Shown here one piece after another: positions 9,731 to 18,233 of a DNA stretch of 64,000 nt. The stretch lies in the NCBI GenBank assembly GCA_047285305.1, contig JBJBDL010000003.1, positions 1,312,001 to 1,376,000 on the forward strand, in the 5' to 3' direction. The notes beneath the pieces were generated by a model. That model was not told the DNA's origin and did not search any database. It was given only the letters and a program-made list of their open reading frames with translations. The translations under genes and the position numbers were made by a program. Each line of letters starts with the position of its first letter. The first letter of the stretch is position 1. The DNA is from Synechococcus sp. (GTDB taxonomy: Bacteria > Cyanobacteriota > Cyanobacteriia > PCC-6307 > Cyanobiaceae).

Positions 9731-11014
9731 ATGCCACCGTCGTCGCTGTTGCGGCCGTTGGCTCTGGCTGGAGCTGGTCTGCTTGCTGGACAGTGGCTGA
9801 TCAGTGATGTGATGCATGTTCCCGGCGGGGGGCTGGGTCTGCTTGCCGCCGGAGGCGTTGTGATCTGGCTTGGCCGCAAGCCAAGTCAGCCGCGGTTTGT
9901 AGCGCCGGTCTCTCTGGACGGATGGATCGCTCGGTGCCAGGAGGTGCTGAATCAATTCGCACTTTTTGAGCAGCAACCCTCTGCCGATCTGGCCCGTCGC
10001 GCTGAACTGAAAAGGGTGCTGGACCGCTGCGGTCCGGTGCGCATGGCGATGGTCGCCTTGGGGGGCTCTCAGGGACCGAATGAAGCAGACCTCAGCAGCT
10101 CTCTTGCTGGCCCGGCGCCAGTGACGCTGTCGCTCTGCCATCCCCTGACCACTGATGACGGCAGCCGTTGCTGGCCTCGCGGCCTGCTGGATCAGGATCT
10201 GATCCTGTTCAGCATGCAGGCGCCACTGCTGGCCTCAGATCTGCTCTGGCTTCAGCAGGTGCCCGACGATCAGCCGGCCTGGCTGCTTGTGTCGACCGAC
10301 GCGCAGGACGCATCCACCGATGCCGTCGCTGCTGTTCGGGACGTCCTTCCCGAGCGCTGGCGTGAGCGGATCCTGGTTCAGGAGTCTTCGATGCAGTTGC
10401 GCACTGCCCTAGCACCGTTTCGCCGTTCGCTGAAACATGCTTCGGTGGAGACGCGTCCGCGACTCTTGGCGGAATTGCATCGCCGTTGGCAGCGTGAACT
10501 CGAATCGCTTCGGCGCGAACGCTTTCTGCAGATCCAGCAGCGCACCCAGTGGCTGGTGGCCGGGTCTGTGATGGCCTCCCCCATCGCCAGCCTTGATCTT
10601 CTTGCCGTCACGGTGGCGAACGGTTTGATGATCAAGGAGATGGGAGAGGTCTGGGGAACATCGCTGCAGCCGGATGTGTTGAGGGAAGCGGCGGCGCAGC
10701 TGGCTCGGGTGGCTCTTGCCCAGGGCGTGGTGGAGTGGACCGGACAGACCTTGCTTGGGCTGGCCAAGCTGGATGGGGGGAGCTGGCTGATCGCCGGTTC
10801 GATGCAGGCCCTCAGTGCGGCTTACCTCACCCGTGTGGTGGGACGCTCCATGGCGGATTGGCTGGCGATCAATGCCGGCGTCGATGAGCTTGATCTTGTG
10901 GCCTTGAAGCAGCAGGCACCGTTGTTGGTGGCTCGGGCTGCAGAGGAGGAACGGGTGAACTGGAATGGCTTCGTTCAGCAATCCCGCGAGTGGCTGCTTC
11001 ATGCAACTTCATGA
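9731..11014 (+). CDS. YcjF/DUF697 family protein
   Basis: C-terminal TQWLVAGSVMASPIASLDLLA...MQALSAAYLTRVVG block. Confidence 0.75.
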   Translation: MPPSSLLRPLALAGAGLLAGQWLISDVMHVPGGGLGLLAAGGVVIWLGRKPSQPRFVAPVSLDGWIARCQEVLNQFALFEQQPSADLARRAELKRVLDRCGPVRMAMVALGGSQGPNEADLSSSLAGPAPVTLSLCHPLTTDDGSRCWPRGLLDQDLILFSMQAPLLASDLLWLQQVPDDQPAWLLVSTDAQDASTDAVAAVRDVLPERWRERILVQESSMQLRTALAPFRRSLKHASVETRPRLLAELHRRWQRELESLRRERFLQIQQRTQWLVAGSVMASPIASLDLLAVTVANGLMIKEMGEVWGTSLQPDVLREAAAQLARVALAQGVVEWTGQTLLGLAKLDGGSWLIAGSMQALSAAYLTRVVGRSMADWLAINAGVDELDLVALKQQAPLLVARAAEEERVNWNGFVQQSREWLLHATS

Positions 11015-11155
11015 ACGCTTAATGAAGTACTTAATGAAGTTTTTTTGAGACCTGATTCTGATTGTTGAGTTGTCATGTAACGGAACGTTCCGTCCATAAA
11101 CTTGATCCACCTGTCCCTTTTTTTGGGGAGAGGTTCATCCGTCTTCTTTCCTTCT

Positions 11156-12232
11156 ATGTCCACCGCAATTCGCAGCGGACGCCAGAGCAATTGGGAAGCC
11201 TTTTGTCAGTGGGTGACCGACACCAATAACCGCATCTATGTGGGTTGGTTCGGCGTGCTGATGATTCCCTGCCTACTGGCGGCCACTATCTGCTTCACCA
11301 TTGCCTTTATCGCCGCTCCCCCGGTTGATATCGATGGCATCCGCGAGCCCGTCGCTGGCTCCCTGATCTACGGCAACAACATCATTTCCGGTGCTGTTAT
11401 TCCGTCTTCAAACGCCATTGGCCTGCACTTTTACCCCATCTGGGAAGCTGCTTCCCTCGATGAGTGGCTGTACAACGGCGGCCCTTATCAGTTGGTCTGC
11501 TTCCACTTCCTGATCGGCATTTCCGCCTACATGGGTCGTCAGTGGGAGCTCTCCTACCGCCTGGGCATGCGCCCTTGGATCTGCGTCGCTTACAGCGCTC
11601 CGCTGTCTGCAGCGATGGCTGTTTTCCTGGTTTACCCCTTCGGTCAGGGTTCCTTCTCTGATGGCATGCCCCTGGGCATCTCTGGCACCTTCAACTTCAT
11701 GTTGGTGTTCCAGGCCGAGCACAACATCCTGATGCACCCCTTCCACATGTTGGGCGTCGCAGGTGTTTTCGGCGGCAGCCTGTTCTCTGCCATGCACGGC
11801 TCCCTGGTGACCTCCTCCTTGGTGCGTGAAACCACCGAGGCCGAGTCCCAGAACTACGGCTACAAGTTCGGCCAAGAGGAAGAGACCTACAACATCGTGG
11901 CTGCCCACGGTTACTTCGGTCGCCTGATCTTCCAATACGCCTCCTTCAACAACAGCCGTAGCCTTCACTTCTTCCTGGGCGCCTGGCCTGTTGTCGGCAT
12001 CTGGTTCACGTCCATGGGCATCAGCACCATGGCCTTCAACCTGAACGGCTTCAACTTCAACCAGTCCATTCTGGATAGTCAGGGCCGCGTCCTGAACACC
12101 TGGGCTGATGTGCTGAACCGTGCCAACCTCGGCATGGAAGTGCAGCACGAGCGCAACGCTCACAACTTCCCCCTCGACCTGGCTGCTGCTGAGTCCACTC
12201 CTGTGGCTCTGCAGGCTCCTGCCATCGGTTGA
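11156..12232 (+). CDS. psbA: photosystem II D1 protein, D1:1-type (Gln at position 130 equivalent)
   Basis: [14 protein letters not shown]...[16 protein letters not shown]...HNFPLDLA; 358 aa. Confidence 0.99.
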   Translation: MSTAIRSGRQSNWEAFCQWVTDTNNRIYVGWFGVLMIPCLLAATICFTIAFIAAPPVDIDGIREPVAGSLIYGNNIISGAVIPSSNAIGLHFYPIWEAASLDEWLYNGGPYQLVCFHFLIGISAYMGRQWELSYRLGMRPWICVAYSAPLSAAMAVFLVYPFGQGSFSDGMPLGISGTFNFMLVFQAEHNILMHPFHMLGVAGVFGGSLFSAMHGSLVTSSLVRETTEAESQNYGYKFGQEEETYNIVAAHGYFGRLIFQYASFNNSRSLHFFLGAWPVVGIWFTSMGISTMAFNLNGFNFNQSILDSQGRVLNTWADVLNRANLGMEVQHERNAHNFPLDLAAAESTPVALQAPAIG

Positions 12233-12290
12233 TCTGGAATCAACCTGTTCCATTCGGAACAGCAAAAACGATTCAGATCAACTGAATCGG

Positions 12291-12317
12291 AAAGCCCCCT
12301 CCTCGGAGGGGGCTTTT
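12291..12317 (+). terminator. intrinsic terminator of psbA
   Basis: aaagccccctcc-tc-ggagggggctttt hairpin with U tract. Confidence 0.88.
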
Positions 12318-12351
12318 GTTGTTGTGTTCGCTGGGGAGGTTGGGCGGCGCA

Positions 12352-12606
12352 TCAGGCCCCTTCAGGGCACCAGGCGATCTGCCTCTCCAGCCGTTGCATC
12401 CATTGATGGCAGCGGTGTGTGAGGTGTGCTCCCTGGGGGATGCGCTGTTGGTGGTGTGCGCAGGCTGGCTGGGTGACCCCCGCTTCAGCAAGGGTGTGCT
12501 GAAAGTGCTGGCAGGTGAGGCACACCATGAGGGACCGGCTGGGTCGGAGCTGCCCTGATCCCATCAGTGGCCAGTCGCTTGGCGGCGGAGCGTTGATGGC
12601 GCCCAT
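12352..12606 (-). CDS. small Cys/His-rich hypothetical protein
   Basis: CLTCQHF...ACAHH...HRCHQW...WCPE. Confidence 0.7.
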   Translation of the reverse strand: MGAINAPPPSDWPLMGSGQLRPSRSLMVCLTCQHFQHTLAEAGVTQPACAHHQQRIPQGAHLTHRCHQWMQRLERQIAWCPEGA

Positions 12607-12618
12607 GCTTGTTCTATT

Positions 12619-12632
12619 GGTAATTATGTACT
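12619..12632. promoter_or_regulatory. candidate LexA (SOS) box
   Basis: GGTAATTATGTACT versus cyanobacterial RGTAC-N3-DGTWCB, one mismatch; just upstream of the 12606 start. Confidence 0.5.
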
Positions 12633-12680
12633 ACCTGTTGTTCTGTCGGTTGTCAACGTGGCGTTGGGGAGAATGGATCC

Positions 12681-12878
12681 ATGAGTGAGCCTCGCCCCAC
12701 CCTCCAGTTCGATCTGGACCTAGAAGCTGTTCGCCTGCTCCACCGCTCGGTGAGCTTTCACCTTGAGAAATGGCCCGGGGGGCCAGATCCCAGAGAGCAG
12801 GAGGCCCTGCAGTCGATGAAGACCTTGCTCACGGCAGCGTTGCTTGAGTTCAGCCTTGACCAAGACGGTCAGCGCTGA
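12681..12878 (+). CDS. small hypothetical protein
   Basis: 65-aa ORF with upstream GGAGAA; LLHRSV..HLEKWPGG motif. Confidence 0.7.
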   Translation: MSEPRPTLQFDLDLEAVRLLHRSVSFHLEKWPGGPDPREQEALQSMKTLLTAALLEFSLDQDGQR

Positions 12879-13058
12879 AACCTGCTCCCTGCACGGCTGA
12901 GCAGGGAAGCAGCGACAGCGCTGCGTTGGCCGCTGTACAACGCATTGAGTCGGTTCAGGCCTGGCTGGACTGCATCGCCACCTGTTGCATTAACGATGGA
13001 AGAGAACTGGGCTCCAGCAGCTTTGGTTCCTGCGTCGTTCTCTTAAGCCGTTGTCCCC

Positions 13059-13211
13059 GTGGGTTGGTTGATTGCCCTTGCCATCGTCGTGGTGCTGTCC
13101 TGGCTGGGATGGCGTTGGAATCAGCTCGAATGTGCTGAAAGCCGCTCCGTCAGCGGCCGTTTGGTGAAGCGGATGCGTCGTCATTCGCGGCGACGCAAGC
13201 ACCATCACTAG
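13059..13211 (+). CDS. 50-aa membrane-anchored basic microprotein
   Basis: Manual translation (GTG start): MGWLIALAIVVVLSWLGWRWNQLE...RMRRHSRRRKHHH. Confidence 0.5.
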   Translation: MGWLIALAIVVVLSWLGWRWNQLECAESRSVSGRLVKRMRRHSRRRKHHH

Positions 13212-13219
13212 GCCTTCAA

Positions 13220-13402
13220 TCAGGCCATGGGCATGCGACAACCCAGTTGAATCGTGCCTTCGTCGATCAACCGGCCGAGCCGTTGGGCGACAGCCTCTTC
13301 AGTTCGTGTGAAGTGATCCTGGCGGGCGGTCACCCACGCCATCTCACCGTTGGTGATCACGCCGGTGGACATGGCTTCGAGAAAGAGTTCGCCGAGTGTC
13401 AT
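13220..13402 (-). CDS. small hypothetical protein (paralog of 16648-16818)
   Basis: MTLGELFLEAMSTGVITNGEMAWV...FTRTEE...RLGRLIDEG. Confidence 0.75.
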   Translation of the reverse strand: MTLGELFLEAMSTGVITNGEMAWVTARQDHFTRTEEAVAQRLGRLIDEGTIQLGCRMPMA

Positions 13403-13469
13403 GACACTTGTGCCGTTGGGATCACGTTGATGGGACTCCCAAGGGGGGGCATGACCTGCTCACCTTTCT

Positions 13470-14009
13470 TCATGGCAAGGCATCAAGAATGGTTTGGAGG
13501 GCCCGGTTGATCTGATCGCTGAGCTGGGGGCCGGCGGGATTGAGGCGGATCAAGCTTGTGAATCGTTCGCTGAGGTCGGGCCTGTTGGGGGGGCTGTTCA
13601 GGCTCAGGTGCATCGCACGAATCACGGCCTCTGGAACGCACCGTTGGCGGCTGCGGTTCCAGACCAGGCACTGCTCCAACGGAGTCTGCAACCACCAGCC
13701 GGTCCATGGCAGGTGCTGGCCCCCCATGCTGCGCTGCATCAACCCCTGGCGCCAGTTGAGTTGCGCATGGGTTGCATCCACCAGCACGTTGTCGCCATCG
13801 GCGATGGCGCGGTCGATGGCGCCATGCAGATGCGGTTCCAATTCAGACCAAGGACCCTGCACATTCGCATCTCCCCACAGTTGTTCCCTCAGAACGTCAT
13901 TGGCGATCACCCGTGCAGGGAGCAGCGGAGCGAGGATCGCCGCGAGGGTGGACTTGCCGCTGCCCGGGGGGCCGATCAACAGATGGCCCTGGGGCCGTGG
14001 TTCAGGCAA
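13470..14009 (-). CDS. AAA_33-type P-loop kinase
   Basis: LLIGPPGSGKST Walker A, VLVDATH, WNRSRQRCVPEAVI. Confidence 0.82.
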   Translation of the reverse strand: MPEPRPQGHLLIGPPGSGKSTLAAILAPLLPARVIANDVLREQLWGDANVQGPWSELEPHLHGAIDRAIADGDNVLVDATHAQLNWRQGLMQRSMGGQHLPWTGWWLQTPLEQCLVWNRSRQRCVPEAVIRAMHLSLNSPPNRPDLSERFTSLIRLNPAGPQLSDQINRALQTILDALP

Positions 14010-14448
14010 CGAAGCGTTTGTAGAGCCAGCGCACCAGTCCACCAATCACGGGCACTGGAGCAAACGTGGGGCCGACGAAATCGAAATAATCGCGGTGGTC
14101 CCCGATCTTTCCATCTGGATTGAAGCGGAGTCGGGTCGCCCCGGGATAGATGAACTCAATCCCTTTGATCTTGAGGCCCATGCGCCATTCAACAAAGGCT
14201 GTTTCACCGTTCACCACCACCGATTCCGTTTCCAGGAACACGTCATCACAGCGCTGCATGAGACCGTCCTGGGCAAGGATGTAGGCGTCAATGCCCTGCC
14301 GTTCCTGGGTTGGATCGGTGAAATGCACGTCACTGGCATAGACGGATTCCCACTGCGCAGCTGTGGGGCCTGGCGTGCCGTAGGGCTTGGTGAACAGGGC
14401 ACGGATCTGTTCTGCGTCCAGCGGAGGATGAAGCATGGGTGTTGTCAT
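14002..14448 (-). CDS. SnoaL/NTF2-like protein
   Basis: YASDVHFTDP...GIDAY...DGKIGDHRDYFD. Confidence 0.85.
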   Translation of the reverse strand: MTTPMLHPPLDAEQIRALFTKPYGTPGPTAAQWESVYASDVHFTDPTQERQGIDAYILAQDGLMQRCDDVFLETESVVVNGETAFVEWRMGLKIKGIEFIYPGATRLRFNPDGKIGDHRDYFDFVGPTFAPVPVIGGLVRWLYKRFVA

Positions 14449-14553
14449 CAGAAGTCGGCGCCCACCTGAGTTGTCATGGTCTCGGCCCAGCTCACGCTGG
14501 GAACCAGGCCGAGGCCGAGAAGTCCAGCTGTGGCAAGGAATCGATGCATGGCG

Positions 14554-14679
14554 TCAGTTGAAAAACCCCTTGGACTGAAGCCAGAGGCCGATGGCGACCA
14601 GGGGCCCGAAGCCGGCGATCAACACCGTGATCTTGAGGCGCAGCGGTGACACCTGGGGTTTGGTCTCTCGAAGAGCCAT
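14554..14679 (-). CDS. 41-aa single-TM microprotein
   Basis: Manual translation MALRETKPQVSPLRLKITVLIAGFGPLVAIGLWLQSKGFFN. Confidence 0.6.
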   Translation of the reverse strand: MALRETKPQVSPLRLKITVLIAGFGPLVAIGLWLQSKGFFN

Positions 14680-14731
14680 GGCAAGGCACGAAGGCAAGTG
14701 AACCTAAACGCTGTGCTGCGTTCGTGCCTGT

Positions 14732-15001
14732 TCAGAGCTCGTACTCCTCTTCAAACTGCTCAATCAAGCCCTTGTAAAGCGCCAGAAGACCCTCGGTTTC
14801 TTCGCAGAATCCGTCCGTTGTGTACTTCGCGATCAGATTGACCACGGCGCTGCGGATTTGCATGAAGGCGCTGAGGTACTCACCCTGGATGTCTTCATCG
14901 CGGATGTCGTTAATCAGCGCGCCCACCAGCTCAATCTTGCGCTTGGCAGCGGCCATCTCCGCTTCCATCTCTTTGTTGAGCTTGCGGCGTTTCTTCGGCA
15001 T
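14732..15001 (-). CDS. hypothetical helical protein
   Basis: MPKKRRKLNKEME...FEEEYEL; basic N-terminus, acidic C-terminus. Confidence 0.75.
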   Translation of the reverse strand: MPKKRRKLNKEMEAEMAAAKRKIELVGALINDIRDEDIQGEYLSAFMQIRSAVVNLIAKYTTDGFCEETEGLLALYKGLIEQFEEEYEL

Positions 15002-15098
15002 CCCCTCAACCGGTTCAATCAGCGACATTACGAGAGCCGCAGGCCTTCCTCGTTCGAGCGACTTCTCCTAGCGTCGGGTTCGCTCGACCCATGGCCTT

Positions 15099-15329
15099 GT
15101 GAATCGGACCTTCCGCGGTGTTGCTTACGTGTCCGTTTGGGTGGTGATCTGGGGAACGGTGGCGTCCTTGATGGATTGGATGTTGCTGACGGGTGAGGTC
15201 TACGAAACTGCCAGCTCTGGTCAGGCGGTGACGTTCATCGCCTACGGGGCTGCAACAGTGGTGTTGGCCACGCGGTTTTCGGGGCGTTTCCTTGCAGACG
15301 CTGATTCAGAGGCTGCGGATCAGGAGTGA
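15099..15329 (+). CDS. small two-TM membrane protein
   Basis: Two hydrophobic segments. Confidence 0.65.
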   Translation: MNRTFRGVAYVSVWVVIWGTVASLMDWMLLTGEVYETASSGQAVTFIAYGAATVVLATRFSGRFLADADSEAADQE

Positions 15330-16076
15330 TCCGCCCATCAGCAGCGCCAAGATCTCGAAGGCTTGTTTGACCAGGCGGCTTCCTTTCATCAGGGAGTAGT
15401 GGGCCCCCAGGAAGCCTCCGATCAGCGAACCAAGAACCAGCGGTGGAAGCCAGTCCCAACGGATTTCACCGCTCAAACCCAGCACCAGTGCACCGGTGCC
15501 ATTCCACCCCAGGCCTACCAGCACCAGGGTGTGGGCAACGGCTCTGGTGTAGCTCAGCCCAAACCAGCGCACCAGCCACAGGGTGACGAACAGCCCCGTG
15601 CCTGAGGTGAGGGAACCGTTGAGAACGCCAATGATGAACAGCCCGCAACTACCAAGCCCAACGGTGTGGGCTGTCAGCGGGTAGGGCTGGTCTGTCGTCC
15701 CCAGATCCGGTTTCCGAGCCGAATAAACCCCTAGCCCCAGGGTCAGCAGCCCAAGGCTCGTGGTGGCCACTTGATCGGGCAGCGCAAGAACCATGCTGGC
15801 TCCCACAAACACACCTGGAAGACCGGCAGCCAACACCAGCGCCGAGCGTTTCAGGTCGAGACTGCTGGCACGCCAATGACGCCCACTCGCTCCTAGGCCA
15901 AGCGCAACACTAGCCACCTTGTGGGTTGCCAATGCCATGGAGAAAGGAAGCCCCAGAAGGATGAGTGCGGGCAGTTGCACCAGTCCTGCTCCCCCTCCCG
16001 CTAAAGCCGAGAGGGCATTGGCGCCAATGGCAATGCCCATCAGGGCGATTTGCATCAGCAGTTCGGACACACTCAA
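15306..16076 (-). CDS. TauE/SafE (TSUP) family permease
   Basis: LSALAGGGAGLVQLPAL, ALATHK, GVLNGSLTSGTG repeat architecture. Confidence 0.88.
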   Translation of the reverse strand: MSVSELLMQIALMGIAIGANALSALAGGGAGLVQLPALILLGLPFSMALATHKVASVALGLGASGRHWRASSLDLKRSALVLAAGLPGVFVGASMVLALPDQVATTSLGLLTLGLGVYSARKPDLGTTDQPYPLTAHTVGLGSCGLFIIGVLNGSLTSGTGLFVTLWLVRWFGLSYTRAVAHTLVLVGLGWNGTGALVLGLSGEIRWDWLPPLVLGSLIGGFLGAHYSLMKGSRLVKQAFEILALLMGGSLLIRSL

Positions 16077-16570
16077 TCTCGTGTCAGGAAGGCGATGGGA
16101 ACTGAAAAGGTGATGATTCGGTGGGGATCCCCCGGGAGAATGGCCACACAGGCCACTTCACGATCAGCGTGAGCCTCGCGGGACTGCACCACAAACGCTG
16201 TGGCGTCTTCGATGCTCCACATCGGGGCATCACCACAACGGCGTTCATCTTTGTAGGCCTGCCAGACCTCGCAGAACGCTTCCCTATCCTCACCACTTTT
16301 CATTTCCGTCAGCGCCTGTTCCAGGCCCACGTCTTCGAACCGTTCGAACAGGCGCACCATCAACGGGTGGGCAATGGTGGATGAGGCCTTCAGGGTTGAG
16401 TTGATCGTGCCGATGGTACTCACCATCAGCTTTGGTTTGGTGCGTCGTGCATCGATCACTCCCACAGGCAGATTGAGATCCCAGCTTGGGTGTCCGCTGA
16501 CGGCACAGGCCAGATCGAACAGCCCCAAGCTGCATTGCTTGATCAGGCTCTGAACGGTCTCTCGATCCAT
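16073..16570 (-). CDS. hypothetical protein
   Basis: 165-aa ORF coupled to the TauE gene (GTGA overlap). Confidence 0.7.
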   Translation of the reverse strand: MDRETVQSLIKQCSLGLFDLACAVSGHPSWDLNLPVGVIDARRTKPKLMVSTIGTINSTLKASSTIAHPLMVRLFERFEDVGLEQALTEMKSGEDREAFCEVWQAYKDERRCGDAPMWSIEDATAFVVQSREAHADREVACVAILPGDPHRIITFSVPIAFLTRD

Positions 16571-16647
16571 AGCTCAGTTCCGCGTGGCCCGATTCACCGT
16601 TTGCGTTCCAGTGTTGCCAGGATGGCCGCCGGTTGATGCCGATGTGG

Positions 16648-16818
16648 ATGTCCCTGGTTCAGATCTACCTTGATGCAGTCACCCACCAGGTGATCACCAG
16701 TGAAGAGCTTGCCTATGTGGCCGGCCATCAGGAGCAATTTGATCGAACCGAACAGAAACTCACTGCACGGCTTGAACAGTTGATTGGCGCAGGGAATATC
16801 AGTGTTGGAACGCGTTGA
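16648..16818 (+). CDS. small hypothetical protein (paralog of 13220-13402)
   Basis: MSLVQIYLDAVTHQVITSEELAYV...FDRTEQ...RLEQLIGAG. Confidence 0.72.
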   Translation: MSLVQIYLDAVTHQVITSEELAYVAGHQEQFDRTEQKLTARLEQLIGAGNISVGTR

Positions 16819-16965
16819 TTATCCGAACAAAAAGCGTTGAAGCCGTTTCAGTAATTGGCGCAGGGGCTTTTTGTCACGGCTAAAAATCTGCCGCTCATCT
16901 GACAGCATCGCGCGACTCATCCGATCTGCGCTTCTGATAGGCGGGAAAGGCTGTCCCGTCAACCT

Positions 16966-17124
16966 TCACGGCAGGGCAACCACCCCCGACCAACTCTGCA
17001 GAACGTCAGGTGCGCCTTGGGTTAGGGCGGCAACAGCAGTGGCTGAGCCAATTCCGATTCCCACCACAACGCCTACGGCGAAGACAAGCAGCCCCGTCAG
17101 AACGCTGCGTTCGGAAAATTGCAT
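16966..17124 (-). CDS. small membrane protein
   Basis: MQFSERSVLTGLLVFAVGVVVGIGIGSA... Confidence 0.6.
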   Translation of the reverse strand: MQFSERSVLTGLLVFAVGVVVGIGIGSATAVAALTQGAPDVLQSWSGVVALP

Positions 17125-17311
17125 CCACTCAACATCAGCCAACCCGACTTTCCTGCGGCCATCGTCCAATGGCCACTGTGGTGTCACAGGACGTGATGGG
17201 GCCCGGAGCAGATCTGTTGTGTGGTTTCGGCCACAAAGGTAGATCTACCGACTGATCGATCGGGGTGGTCTTCGCTAACAACCGAATGTCAGCCAGATGA
17301 CAGTTTCAGTC

Positions 17312-17530
17312 ATGAAAACGATTGACGAGCACATTCAGAAGGACCAGGAGGAGTTCCTTAAGGCCCTGTCTGAGCACAACGAAGGCAAGGTGCGTCATCT
17401 AACGGAGGAGCTGCAGTGGCTGTTGGATCACAAGAAGGAATTTCCTGATGATCCCCATGACCCCTCACCCCTTGAGCTGTTCTGCGAGCAGAACCCCGAT
17501 GAGCCCGAGTGCCTGGTCTACGACGACTGA
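17312..17530 (+). CDS. cp12: CP12 protein, marine picocyanobacterial type (C-terminal Cys pair only)
   Basis: C-terminal PLELFCEQNPDEPECLVYDD. Confidence 0.9.
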   Translation: MKTIDEHIQKDQEEFLKALSEHNEGKVRHLTEELQWLLDHKKEFPDDPHDPSPLELFCEQNPDEPECLVYDD

Positions 17531-17576
17531 GTAGAAGTACCCATTCCTTGCTCCGCCCTGGCGCGAAGCCGCGTTG

Positions 17577-17606
17577 CTACACGCAACTTATTTAAGTTGT
17601 GTGTAG
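17577..17606. promoter_or_regulatory. 14-bp inverted repeat directly upstream of the DoxX gene
   Basis: CTACACGCAACTTA-TT-TAAGTTGTGTGTAG (1 mismatch). Confidence 0.5.
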
Positions 17607-17609
17607 TCG

Positions 17610-18125
17610 ATGTGTTCTGTGGTGATTCGCGCCATTCTGACCCGCCCCATTGCTGGCGATCTCGGTCTGCTCCTGCTTCGGGTGTTCACCGGCGCGCTGC
17701 TGATTCACCACGGTTACGAAAAGCTCGCCAATATCGAGAATTTTGCAGATGCATTCGTTCGCCCTCTGCATCTGCCCTTCCCGATCCTTCTCTCCTACGT
17801 CGCAGCGTTCTCGGAGGTGATCGGCAGCTGGCTGTTGATTACTGGCTTGCTGACGCGGATGGGAGCCTTGGCAGTCGCCGGGACCATCTCCGTCGCCATT
17901 TATCACGCCATCGTCACAGCGGGCTTCAACATCTATCTTTTGGAGCTTCTTGGCCTTTATTTCGCGGCTGCCGTGGCCGTTCTCGCCTGCGGCCCAGGTG
18001 TCTTTTCCATTGACGAGCTCATCGCCCGCCGCCTTGAGCCCGACATGCAGTTTTCCGCTGCGGAAGACACGGATTTCGCCGCTGGCGAAGTTGCTGTTCT
18101 GGAAGAAGCCGTGGCCAGCCGCTGA
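17610..18125 (+). CDS. DoxX family membrane protein
   Basis: LLLRVFTGALLIHHGYEKL, E..GS..LITGLLTR, CGPGVFSID. Confidence 0.88.
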   Translation: MCSVVIRAILTRPIAGDLGLLLLRVFTGALLIHHGYEKLANIENFADAFVRPLHLPFPILLSYVAAFSEVIGSWLLITGLLTRMGALAVAGTISVAIYHAIVTAGFNIYLLELLGLYFAAAVAVLACGPGVFSIDELIARRLEPDMQFSAAEDTDFAAGEVAVLEEAVASR

Positions 18126-18145
18126 ACACCAGCGTGATCAGATTC

Positions 18146-18174
18146 AAAAGCCCCGCCATCGCGGGGCTTTTTTT
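18146..18174 (+). terminator. intrinsic terminator
   Basis: aaaagccccgc-catc-gcggggctttttt. Confidence 0.85.
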
Positions 18175-18233
18175 ATGGCTGGCGACGGTATGGGTGAAAG
18201 ACGCGTCAGAATCAGCACAGTTGGATCAACGCG

